A DNA stretch of 45,117 bases from Bacteriovoracaceae bacterium (lineage in GTDB: Bacteria; Bdellovibrionota; UBA2394), in assembly GCA_028287765.1 (NCBI GenBank), contig JAQBPA010000073.1, positions 1 to 45,117 on the forward strand. The letters run 5' to 3'. Positions 20,101 to 27,440 of this stretch are shown here, in pieces (positions within the stretch are counted from its first letter, which is position 1; every line of letters starts with the position of its first letter). The position numbers were made by a program, and so were the translations under genes. The notes below the pieces were generated by a model that was not told the DNA's origin, did not search any database, and saw only the letters and a list, made by a program, of their open reading frames with translations.

Positions 20101-22235
20101 CCCTCGATGGATCGGATGCGAAAACGATTTATCGAAGCGAAGGCGGACGAATTGATTCACCTTTCTTTTTGAAGAACGGAAATTTAACTATTCATAGCTG
20201 GAATTTAGATCGAATGGATCGGCATATGTACACGCAAATGTCAGCGGATGGGCAAATGGAAATGCCGATTCTTTTCGGTCGAACTCAAGGTCCAAATCGA
20301 TGGGGAAACGCTTTTCAAATGACGAATGGAATGATTTTTGGAATCACCGGGATTCGCCGAGGATCCATTGACCTCCTCGTGCCCTTTGCAGCAGATCACA
20401 CACTCGGCGGTGTTGATCCAAACTTTGCCGCTCTAAAAATATTGCCGCAGAGTTTGATGGATGAGCTTCAACCCTATTTAAACGGAGTGCACAATGACGA
20501 TTACCCGTATTGTTATACTCAAGACTACGGTCCTAACAGTCGGAACTGTCGGGTTTCACAATTTTTTTCGAATCCTGCATGGTCACCCGACGGTCGCGCG
20601 TTTGTTTCTCACAATCCGGACGTCACTTATCTTGGAAATGGCGGCGAAGGCGAAGATTTTTATCGAGATTTAAAAAACTTTACACCTGATCCCAATCATC
20701 CCGTCTTTGGAAGTTATCTCCCACAAAAAATGGGAATATCGATTATGGACCAAAAGGACGCTTCACATCTTCAGATTTTTTTACATAATGATGCTGGATA
20801 TATGTATCGCTATCCGCAATGGGTCGGAAAAAGAGAAGCTCCAAAAATTCAACCCTGGAAAACAGACGAATCACAAACGGGATCTATTCTTCATATAGCC
20901 GATTTTAAACTTTGGTTAAGTTTTCAAATTTTCCCGCCGGATGCCGCAAACAACGTCTTCGATAAAACAAATCAAATGGCTTATATCAACACGATCACTT
21001 CGGTCCGAGTACTTTCAAAAGAAATGGGTGATCAAGCCTGTATCAGAGATGATGGAGAACGAACGATGCTGAATGACGGTGAACAAGGAAACCATCCCAC
21101 ATCTCTTGGAATGGTCGACTCAACCGGATTTACTCAGTACGTTGTGCCAACTTCGTTGGGCGGGAACGCGCACGGAGATATTGATCTTCAAGCAGATGAT
21201 TCAATTAAATTAAAGATTCCTAAAGGAAAAATTCTTTACTTCCAAGGCATCGACGCCAACGGTCATGCTGCTTTTCAGCACACCCGGCTTTTTGGAATAC
21301 CTCCAGGACAAGTCGTAAACACCTCCGTAAAAAGAAGTCAGTATGATACGCAGTGTGTGGCATGTCACGGCACTCTCAGTCGCGATAATCCTTATATAGA
21401 TCTTGCGGCATTCGGCCATCTCTCGACACAGGCTCTCGATTTTAATACGGCAGCCAATGCGGCTGCCCCCGTTGATCTCACGTCGCCGGCAATCGTTCGA
21501 AGGGAGATGACTTACCTAGGTGTGCTTCGACCGCTGCTAGATAAGCCTAGGGTAATCAATGGAATCGACTACCGATGCACCTCTTGTCATACCGAAAATA
21601 ATGGCAGCCAAATTCCCGCAGCAGAACTGACATTCGATTCGCAATATTCTTTTGTTGGAAATTTTCCAAAGGCAAGTTGGGCATTTGCTGCGTCGGCACC
21701 TTCGAGCTATATCAATTCAGTTCCTCAAAACCTACGAAGACCGAGTTACGATTTTTCGGTGAGTTATAGTTGGCTTTTTAATCTCAATCGAGAAAACGGA
21801 CAGTACCCAGCGCTCTTTCCTGATCAGTTCGCCAATCAAACGGCTCTTTCAAACTTGGCGCCTTATGATCCTGGATATCAAAACTTATGGAGACGCGGGA
21901 AAGATGTTTTCGGCGGGGATACGGCCTACTATCTGAACCAAATTATGGCTTACGTGAACGTCGGCCGCTCATCGGATCTCATGGGCGGAATTTCGTCGCT
22001 CAGTTATCTGATTAGTGTTCTGATTAATCAGCAACTTGATAAGACAAAGCCCCTTCCTAAAGTTGATCATTCTCAATGGCTAACGGAAGATGAAAAAAGA
22101 ATTTTCATGGGAGTCGTCGATCTCGGAATGCCTTATATGGCGACCTGTAATGAAAAAATTGTTCAGTCCGGTCCTTATACGGGCCTCAGTTGGGGAGAAG
22201 CACATCCCCAAGAACACCAAATGATGCCGTACTAA
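17157..22235 (+). CDS. giant (1692 aa) multidomain lipoprotein with three CxxCH motifs
   Basis: Lipobox ...CFIFSAC|SSS. Tandem ~160-aa duplicated N-terminal domain. Ig-like Ser/Thr-rich repeats. PPPPPPPPP linker. Heme-attachment-type motifs CNDCH, CVACH and CTSCH. TolB/PD40-like segments (FSPGDDRIYFAS, AWSPDGRAFVS). Confidence 0.85.
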   Translation: MNSLDYSLPIKIFFISSLCFIFSACSSSQTSVPSETLNPKGLISNQVTYVDTIWLDDSIPSGSLSGSSGGDSWNWISSNPTPISGSLAHTSNISAGQHQHYFTWPTTPFSINTGDKIFTYIYLDPNNIPSEVMLEWHDGTSWEHRAYWGANSIANGTDGTASRYSMGALPAVGQWVRLEVPANLVGLEGKSLIGMTFTLFGGRATWDKTGKSSASAAQITPAPPTILNELVWVDDSIPTGSQGGAAGGDSWNWISTNPTPISGSLAHVSNISTGQHQHYFTWPTTPFSINTGDKIFTFIYLDPNNIPSEVMLEWHDGTSWEHRAYWGANSIANGTDGTASRYSMGALPAVGQWVRLEIPANLVGLEGKSLIGMTFTLFGGRATWDKTGKSFFTNIPSPTPPVQSQMKLALSGPSTGIAGTCIGPFTVTTKDSNNNLANVSANISIALTMPTSGNTYLDTACTTASSLSVPSGTATKSFYFKDTGYNKNSVPISVSLLAQASGYTSSTFSFYEVAGIPTQIIFLTQPSSAALVGAVLAVQPSVLIEDALGNKVNSSALVSLIPYSNASCTIRASGSLTGSNSITGIGVILPSSLRISDPSSTAVNGVASFSGISYSNASTIYLGASSSGLVSACSNAITVSTVTPPPPPPPPPGQGYSIWKNTVQPLLASKCNDCHIGERFGYASLSRAGSTFSETESQNNYDKFKTMISLDYPQKSRLIEKALPGAHPNSIQHAGGNGLIQENDSTYTTFLNWINQERTERCPQCGMAATNQFLAYVKQPNYFWSIARDPMRNDGARQGARIMLQKIDPASFSPVGSPIDFLAGINFCEGSVCSDSYCNDTGDCDFGNMSVSYSGTQMAFECKRPINGESWAQRDWNICIAGIDANGKAVQPHYLRPAKDRHWGLALERHTPFARYAANGSALTGVDDRQFVYRRRNDITPIFSPGDDRIYFASESPDPRTGEDSVETYHGDFHLFNIISTALDGSDAKTIYRSEGGRIDSPFFLKNGNLTIHSWNLDRMDRHMYTQMSADGQMEMPILFGRTQGPNRWGNAFQMTNGMIFGITGIRRGSIDLLVPFAADHTLGGVDPNFAALKILPQSLMDELQPYLNGVHNDDYPYCYTQDYGPNSRNCRVSQFFSNPAWSPDGRAFVSHNPDVTYLGNGGEGEDFYRDLKNFTPDPNHPVFGSYLPQKMGISIMDQKDASHLQIFLHNDAGYMYRYPQWVGKREAPKIQPWKTDESQTGSILHIADFKLWLSFQIFPPDAANNVFDKTNQMAYINTITSVRVLSKEMGDQACIRDDGERTMLNDGEQGNHPTSLGMVDSTGFTQYVVPTSLGGNAHGDIDLQADDSIKLKIPKGKILYFQGIDANGHAAFQHTRLFGIPPGQVVNTSVKRSQYDTQCVACHGTLSRDNPYIDLAAFGHLSTQALDFNTAANAAAPVDLTSPAIVRREMTYLGVLRPLLDKPRVINGIDYRCTSCHTENNGSQIPAAELTFDSQYSFVGNFPKASWAFAASAPSSYINSVPQNLRRPSYDFSVSYSWLFNLNRENGQYPALFPDQFANQTALSNLAPYDPGYQNLWRRGKDVFGGDTAYYLNQIMAYVNVGRSSDLMGGISSLSYLISVLINQQLDKTKPLPKVDHSQWLTEDEKRIFMGVVDLGMPYMATCNEKIVQSGPYTGLSWGEAHPQEHQMMPY
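17316..17792 (+). repeat. intragenic tandem duplication, copy 1 (period 534 nt)
   Basis: Direct alignment by eye with 17850-18326. The core 17521-17692 differs from 18055-18226 at only 3 positions; the flanks are more diverged. Confidence 0.9.
17850..18326 (+). repeat. intragenic tandem duplication, copy 2
   Basis: Same as copy 1. It encodes W(L/V)DDSIP...GDSWNWIS.NPTPISGSLAH...GRATWDKTGKS a second time. Confidence 0.9.
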
Positions 22236-22264
22236 TAAACCTGACCCGAACTACTCAACGATAT

Positions 22265-23338
22265 TCAAAATACGTTGAAATACGCATCCGTGCCGGGAAT
22301 ATGAACCCTCAATGGAAATTTAACATTTTTAAGAAGTTCCATTCTAGAAATAGAATCCGTTTCCATTTCATCCGCCATAAGTAAATTTTTATTTCCGTCA
22401 AACGAGTTCATATCGAGAGTGCCCACCATAAAATCCATCCCGCGAAGAATTCCTTTCTTCCACTCACCATTCGAATATTCCGCCATTCGAATTCCACCTT
22501 TTTGCATCATCTCGCGATCTTGTTTATTTTTAACATAATTTTGATTGTCCCGATGAAGTTGACCAAGCGATTTAAAATCCCAAAAACCCATTCCTTCCGG
22601 CATAGACCAATCCCCTAAACCGAAATTCATTGCCGCTTCTACTTTTGACTTTTCGCCAGAAAAAAGAAGTGCAGCCAATTGAGAAACAAATTTTGATCCC
22701 GCTAAACCGTATCCGACAGTACAAGAAAAAAAGTGAAGCTGCGCGTCCGAAGTAAAAGCGTCTTTAAGAGTAGGAAGCTTCGCGACGACTTTTCTCCAAG
22801 CCTTCACACCAGAGGTACAAGGCGCAGGAACAAAAGGAAGATAAGCAAAAATGCGAAGGGTCACAATGTCTGCCAGAGAAACCTGACTATAATACTGCTC
22901 ATAATTTTTTTCATCCGGCCCGTTTGCCGTGCGAACCCAATCAGAACAAGCAGCAGAATTCTTAGCAGTCTCGTCTACAGGAAACCACATCGCTCCAGGA
23001 AGACCATGTGCCTCAATATTCAGAACCTGAATTTTCTTTTGCGATTGATGAGAAACCTCAATCACCCGAGTAAGCAATTCTTCTAAAGAAGAGAAAAAAA
23101 CAGTAACCGAACCATCCGGATTCCCCCGAGCAAGCGGAGTGGCAATAGTAGCCTCTTCAGGAAGCACATAATCGGTCCAAATATTATCCTTAGCATAAGG
23201 ATGAACCTGATTATCCCGCCGATGAAATTTCCCAATCCCAATCTCCGCCGCATGAATAATCAACCCCTCTTCTGCCAATGCAGAATGCGACACCACAAAA
23301 AAAGATAATAATAAAATAAAATAAAAAACTTTAGACAT
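22265..23338 (-). CDS. hypothetical secreted protein
   Basis: Signal peptide MSKVFYFILLLSFFVVSHSALA. The ATG at 23338 has a GGGGGAG Shine-Dalgarno about 7 nt upstream. The ORF track start at 23353 is a TTG five codons earlier. No family recognised. Confidence 0.7.
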   Translation of the reverse strand: MSKVFYFILLLSFFVVSHSALAEEGLIIHAAEIGIGKFHRRDNQVHPYAKDNIWTDYVLPEEATIATPLARGNPDGSVTVFFSSLEELLTRVIEVSHQSQKKIQVLNIEAHGLPGAMWFPVDETAKNSAACSDWVRTANGPDEKNYEQYYSQVSLADIVTLRIFAYLPFVPAPCTSGVKAWRKVVAKLPTLKDAFTSDAQLHFFSCTVGYGLAGSKFVSQLAALLFSGEKSKVEAAMNFGLGDWSMPEGMGFWDFKSLGQLHRDNQNYVKNKQDREMMQKGGIRMAEYSNGEWKKGILRGMDFMVGTLDMNSFDGNKNLLMADEMETDSISRMELLKNVKFPLRVHIPGTDAYFNVF

Positions 23339-23437
23339 AAAGATCTCCCCCAAAAGAAGTTTAACGATTACAAAAATTCTTTAGAAGAACAAATAACTGA
23401 CGCAAAGAGTCAAAAATTTCCAGCATTCCATAAACCT

Positions 23438-23473
23438 GGTGCCAGGCACGGTGCCAGGTGTGGTGCCAGGCAC
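23438..23473. repeat. three tandem 12-mers GGTGCCAGG(CAC/TGT)
   Basis: GGTGCCAGGCAC GGTGCCAGGTGT GGTGCCAGGCAC read directly. The outer CTGGTGCC (23436-23443) and GGCACCAG (23469-23476) are inverted repeats. Confidence 0.85.
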
Positions 23474-23499
23474 CAGCTATGGCACACACGGAGTTTTGG

Positions 23500-23516
23500 A
23501 TTGGATTTAATCCAAT
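23500..23516. promoter_or_regulatory. perfect 8-1-8 palindrome ATTGGATT-T-AATCCAAT (candidate operator)
   Basis: Read directly. Lies 147-163 nt upstream of the 22265..23338 gene start, in the same intergenic region as the 12-mer repeats. Confidence 0.3.
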
Positions 23517-23530
23517 GAACGGGAAGAAAG

Positions 23531-23713
23531 TTGAAATGACGGAAATGGCGGAGATCTGTCGATACCTTTGAGATCCAGAGCGAGCCCCGACAGCCTTTCG
23601 AAGCTCAGCACGTCTGCGAGCGGTTGAAGGCTTTCAATTCAGGCGGCTGAATATAAATAACCCAGGCCGTATCTCAAAGAATCGGCAGAGCTCCGCCATT
23701 TCCGTCGATTCAA
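23531..23713 (+). ncRNA. candidate structured RNA: ~183-nt long imperfect hairpin with large asymmetric central bubble (6S-RNA-like); strand uncertain; MITE is the alternative
   Basis: Arm 23538-23574 pairs with 23671-23706, with a 16/16 perfect outer segment GACGGAAATGGCGGAG / CTCCGCCATTTCCGTC. Outer TTGAA (23531-35) pairs with TTCAA (23709-13). Apical hairpin at 23592-23632. The unpaired stretches are 17 nt (5' side) and 38 nt (3' side); the 3' side contains the mini-hairpin ATTCAG-GCGG-CTGAAT (23637-23652). Confidence 0.3.
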
Positions 23714-23764
23714 GCTCCGACCCGCCCGGTTGTTAAGCCCTTTTGTTAAGTTTTTAGGAAAAAC

Positions 23765-24715
23765 TTAGGCCCGCCGCCCAGGCGATATCACTCCCCATGC
23801 CTCAAGGGAGACATTCTTCCCTCTCCAACTCACAGAGTTCCCCATCAAGATGTGAATCCACATTGGAAAAGCCGACAACTCCCTAAGAATCCAGGAAAAT
23901 AAAAAAGTGAAATTCGTTTTCGGATCCATTTTCTTAGCCAAAATAAAATCACACAGTCCCCAGCTAAAAAAATGAAAGCAAAGGAATTTAAATACTAAGC
24001 CAGGAGCATAGAAAGACAAAAAAGGAGCTGCAAAAATAATCGAGCCAAGTGAACTTGCAAAAGGCTCTGTCAAAAAAACAAAAGGTGCATGAGCTTTTCT
24101 CATCCGGCCCCAGCGTAAATGTCTTGCCCAAAAGCTTTTAAAATTTATTTTAGAAAGATGCTGAATGACGGGTTTACGTGAAAGGACAATCTTCATTCCA
24201 AGATGTTTCATCGCAACGCCCGTCATATAATCTTCGGCAAGATAGATTCCTAAAGTTTTTAATCCGCCAAAACGATCCGCCATTTTTTTTTGGAACACCA
24301 TCGATTTTCCGATCACAAAGGGATAACCAAAGTTATCTGCCAGCAGCATCCAACGGGCGTAAAAAGTGTTGAGATACGTGGCTTCAAGTTTTGCCGAAAG
24401 ACTGTCAGCATTTCGGCCGCTGATCGCACTCGTCATCACGCCTACGTTCGCATCCAACTGCGATGCTAGCGAAGTGAGATAGTCGGCCTCGACTCTGACA
24501 TTACTATCACTAATCAGAATCCAATTGTGCTTCGCCTCTGCGTAACTCGCTACTAAGTTTTCAACCTTTGGATTCCAATCGTCACGCCGTTTGGAAACGA
24601 TCACTTTCGCTTCTACGCTTGGAAAAAGAGAGATGAGCTCTGTAACGATCGAATGCGCGGGATCTTGTTCGTCGGCAAGAGAAAAAATAATTTCGAAATT
24701 TGGATACTGGAGCAA
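23765..24715 (-). CDS. GT21-family glycosyltransferase (ceramide glucosyltransferase / HpnI-like); true start probably upstream, near 24907
   Basis: Similarity along the whole length to eukaryotic ceramide glucosyltransferase as I recall it: YPNFEI, WNPKVENL, ISDSNV, YLAEDY, RHLRWGRMR and a C-terminal VSWRG. The in-frame upstream 64 codons encode a TM helix plus PLSILKPLKGCDSDLRENLKSFF, which is the family N-terminus. Confidence 0.85.
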   Translation of the reverse strand: MLQYPNFEIIFSLADEQDPAHSIVTELISLFPSVEAKVIVSKRRDDWNPKVENLVASYAEAKHNWILISDSNVRVEADYLTSLASQLDANVGVMTSAISGRNADSLSAKLEATYLNTFYARWMLLADNFGYPFVIGKSMVFQKKMADRFGGLKTLGIYLAEDYMTGVAMKHLGMKIVLSRKPVIQHLSKINFKSFWARHLRWGRMRKAHAPFVFLTEPFASSLGSIIFAAPFLSFYAPGLVFKFLCFHFFSWGLCDFILAKKMDPKTNFTFLFSWILRELSAFPMWIHILMGNSVSWRGKNVSLEAWGVISPGRRA

Positions 24716-24876
24716 AAAGAAACTTTTCAGATTTTCTCTTAGATCACTGTCACAGCCTTTGAGTGGCTTTAAAATCGACAGGGGCGGAAAACCCGATTTC
24801 TTTTCTTCATTTGTCTGAAAGTGTCGAAAACTGAGCCAAGTTCCATAGAGCGTAAGTCCAAAAGGAACTAACCAAG

Positions 24877-25662
24877 TTAAACCGCAAAGGCCAGCGATGG
24901 TGTCCAGTTAATCAGCTCCTCTGTTTTTGGATACGCAAGAAATTGCTCCTCAGTTATAGGATGCGCAAGAGTTTGCTCCTCTTTAAAGTAGGTGAAGTCC
25001 AGTTTTTGCAGTCGAATACTTTCGAGGACGGATTCGACAGTGCGCTCGCAATCAAACGTCGTCTTCCAAGAATGGAAATGTCTCATGCCATGAAAATCAC
25101 TAGAAGCTATCTTCGGCAGATCGCTTTTTACAACATCGTCGAGAAGAGTCTGATGAAGGGTAATTTCCCAGGCATCGAATTCTGATCTCAGCTCCTCTCG
25201 TCGATCCCACAGGAGATAAGGATTTGCGGCCATTCGATTGGGCGAAAGTGGATGCGCAGCGATCGCTAGACCTCCTTGTGCGCGAATGGATCTCGCAATA
25301 TCAACAATATCCCTATCGGCAGAAATATATTCTGAAAGACCCAGTCCAAGAATATGCGACGATCGGTGATTCACGATCGAATTTTGCGTGAACTCGACTC
25401 CAGGAATCACGAGCATTCGATACATCTTCCAAGCACGTTCCGCTTCACTCTTTAAAATTTCTTGATAGAGAGGGAATGTCGCGCGCGTCAGTGTCTTTCC
25501 GAGATAAGCGGCCGCCTTTCCCAGAAAGGCTTTTTCTTCACAGAGATGATCCGTAATCGCTATGGCGCCAAAACCATGTTGGCCGTAGAGATCTATAATT
25601 TCTGGAATAGTAAGTTTGCCGTCGCTGAAGGTGGAGTGAATATGAAAATCTCCAATAATCAC
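24877..25662 (-). CDS. PHP-domain metal-dependent phosphoesterase
   Basis: N-terminal GDFHIHSTFSDGKLTIPEIIDLY...AITDH, with later His/Asp motifs (AAHP, SSDFHG). Confidence 0.85.
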   Translation of the reverse strand: MIIGDFHIHSTFSDGKLTIPEIIDLYGQHGFGAIAITDHLCEEKAFLGKAAAYLGKTLTRATFPLYQEILKSEAERAWKMYRMLVIPGVEFTQNSIVNHRSSHILGLGLSEYISADRDIVDIARSIRAQGGLAIAAHPLSPNRMAANPYLLWDRREELRSEFDAWEITLHQTLLDDVVKSDLPKIASSDFHGMRHFHSWKTTFDCERTVESVLESIRLQKLDFTYFKEEQTLAHPITEEQFLAYPKTEELINWTPSLAFAV

Positions 25663-25781
25663 TCCTTAAGCATAACGGAGAGAAAGCATTACGAAGTTAG
25701 GCTTCAGTTAAGAGATAGCCATCGTTCGTTATACAAATTAGTTCTTAGCTGTTTCTAAACAAAATACTAACGATGACTCGT

Positions 25782-26519
25782 TTAAGAATCGCGGCGGAGT
25801 TCTGAAAAATAATTGTTTTCAAAAGAAGTTCGAATCCACTGCGAAAATTCTTCTGCGTTCGGCTGTTTTTTTAGACGATCAAGAGCTTCTCCTAACGAAG
25901 CTCCGGTTTGAAGGTGGTTTAAAAATTCAAACTCGTTTTCAGAAAGAATTCGAATATCTACAGAAAAATCCTTTCGAAAAATAATGGAATATTCGGGAAC
26001 CAATTCCAATTCTTTAATATCTCGGTTTAGCCAGGCAGCCGCACAATTGAACCCGGAAGAAAATAAAATCGTAGCGGCCTGAAACTTAAAGCGAACGTCC
26101 TCCGAAATTTTGGAAAAATCATCGAGAGTGAGTGTGAATCCCCTCTTCGCATGGAAAGATTTCATGGCCAGCACTTCAAGTTCTGCCATCTCTGCCCATC
26201 TTTCTTCAAATCCTTCATCTCGAATATAATTGGGAAGCTTGAGGCCGACGTCGGCAATATTATGAGAAGTCGAACGATACGCTAAGGTATAAGCTATTCT
26301 TAGTTCTTGCCAAAGTTTATCCCCCATCAGTTTTGGCAAAACTACAAACATCTCCTCCATCGCTTCGCGACTGCGTACACTGTAGCCAGTTCCGTAAATC
26401 GAAAACCGCTCGTCTATATTTCCTTGAGGCGGTTGCTTAAAAAGAGACTCGGGAATTACAGGATATTCCCGAATTCCTTGATCAAACGCTTTGATGGACG
26501 GAAAGTTCCGCTTGTTCAT
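25782..26519 (-). CDS. DUF2063-family partner protein of the MNIO enzyme (BufC-like)
   Basis: The N-terminal region ERFSIYGTGYSVRSREAMEEMFVVLPKLMGDKLWQELRIAY matches the DUF2063 pattern (R..vYrn......aL...fP.l..llG...f..l). Its start overlaps the DUF692 gene end by 38 nt. Confidence 0.75.
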   Translation of the reverse strand: MNKRNFPSIKAFDQGIREYPVIPESLFKQPPQGNIDERFSIYGTGYSVRSREAMEEMFVVLPKLMGDKLWQELRIAYTLAYRSTSHNIADVGLKLPNYIRDEGFEERWAEMAELEVLAMKSFHAKRGFTLTLDDFSKISEDVRFKFQAATILFSSGFNCAAAWLNRDIKELELVPEYSIIFRKDFSVDIRILSENEFEFLNHLQTGASLGEALDRLKKQPNAEEFSQWIRTSFENNYFSELRRDS

Positions 26520-27351
26520 TTCTTCCTCGTGAAGGTTTAATCACCTTCTCTATTATTTGTTCAGCTCGTCTTGCTTCCGCTTCGATGACGTTAAGCTCCG
26601 GGATATGATCATCTCGTTCAATAATAAACGGACGCGGCCCGATTTGATTGACCGTAAATTCAAAAAGCTCCCATACAGGATCGATGATTTCGTGATCATG
26701 AGTGTCGAAAAGAAAAGTCTCAAGATTCGAATGACCCGCTAAATGATATTGCACGACGCGGTAAGCCGGAATTTCTCGAACGAAGTTCTTTGCATCAAAT
26801 CCATGATTAAACGAGTTTACATAAATATTATTCACATCGAGCAGAAGATAACAATCCGCCTCTTCGATAATGCGCTTTGTAAATTCCCATTCCGGCATCT
26901 CGTCTTCTTTAAAAAGCAGATACGTCGAAATATTTTCTAAAGCGATTCTTTGGCCGAGGATGTCTTGAACTTGTTTTATTTTTTGAACGACGTGCTCAAT
27001 TGTGTGTTCGGTCATCGGCAGAGGAAGTAGATCATGCCAATTTTTCCCCTCAGTTCCGCCCCAACAAAGATGATCTGAAACCACATAAGGCTCTATTCGT
27101 TTGATGAGCGCTTTTAATTTTTTGAGATAAGGAAGATTGATCGGATCCGGGCTTCCAATATTAAGAGATACACCATGCGTTCCAATCGGAAAGTTTTCTC
27201 TCACTTTTTCTAAAATATGAAGAGGACGCCCCTCGGTATCCATGAAATTCTCAGAAATCACTTCAAACCAACCCACTTTGGATTCACCAGCAAGCACGGC
27301 AGAATAATGTGGATGTCGAAGTCCGATTCCGGAATAGGATTTCACATTCAA
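26482..27351 (-). CDS. DUF692/UPF0276 multinuclear non-heme iron oxidase (MNIO; BufB/MbnB-like RiPP maturase)
   Basis: Family signature along the whole length: GIGLRHPHY, WFEVISENF, HGVSLNIGS, VSDHLCW, HDLLPLP, ALENISTY, LLLDVNNIYVNSFNHGFD, QYHLAGHS. TTG start with no obvious Shine-Dalgarno. Confidence 0.9.
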   Translation of the reverse strand: MNVKSYSGIGLRHPHYSAVLAGESKVGWFEVISENFMDTEGRPLHILEKVRENFPIGTHGVSLNIGSPDPINLPYLKKLKALIKRIEPYVVSDHLCWGGTEGKNWHDLLPLPMTEHTIEHVVQKIKQVQDILGQRIALENISTYLLFKEDEMPEWEFTKRIIEEADCYLLLDVNNIYVNSFNHGFDAKNFVREIPAYRVVQYHLAGHSNLETFLFDTHDHEIIDPVWELFEFTVNQIGPRPFIIERDDHIPELNVIEAEARRAEQIIEKVIKPSRGRNEQAELSVHQSV

Positions 27352-27383
27352 TTATTTACTGGGGTCGTGACTTTTGGTCACTG

Positions 27384-27421
27384 AAAATAAAAAAGGGGGG
27401 ATCGAATGGATCCCCCCTTTT
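27384..27421 (-). terminator. intrinsic terminator between the precursor gene and the MNIO gene
   Basis: 9-bp GC-rich stem GGGGGGATC / GATCCCCCC (27395-27403 / 27409-27417) with a 5-nt loop. On the minus strand it is followed by TTTTTTATTTT. Starts 20 nt after the precursor stop. Confidence 0.7.
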
Positions 27422-27440
27422 AAACAGAAAAGTAAAAAAA

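Noticed and set aside
18183-21419. Antisense ORFs inside the giant lipoprotein gene (18183..18371, 19476..19886, 21210..21419) and the same-strand off-frame ORFs 17764..18060, 19648..19842 and 20707..20898.
   Set aside because: There are no signals or recognisable domains. The long sense frame has coherent domain structure throughout.
23438-23473. The 12-mer tandem repeat, considered as a degenerate CRISPR array.
   Set aside because: The units are only 12 nt and directly abutting, with no spacers. There are no cas genes and no leader.
23538-23706. The inverted repeats, considered as the ends of an IS element or MITE.
   Set aside because: There is no transposase and no flanking direct (target-site) duplication visible, and there is only one copy in the window. 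This cannot be excluded without a genome-wide copy count, so it is kept as the alternative hypothesis in the 6S-like finding.
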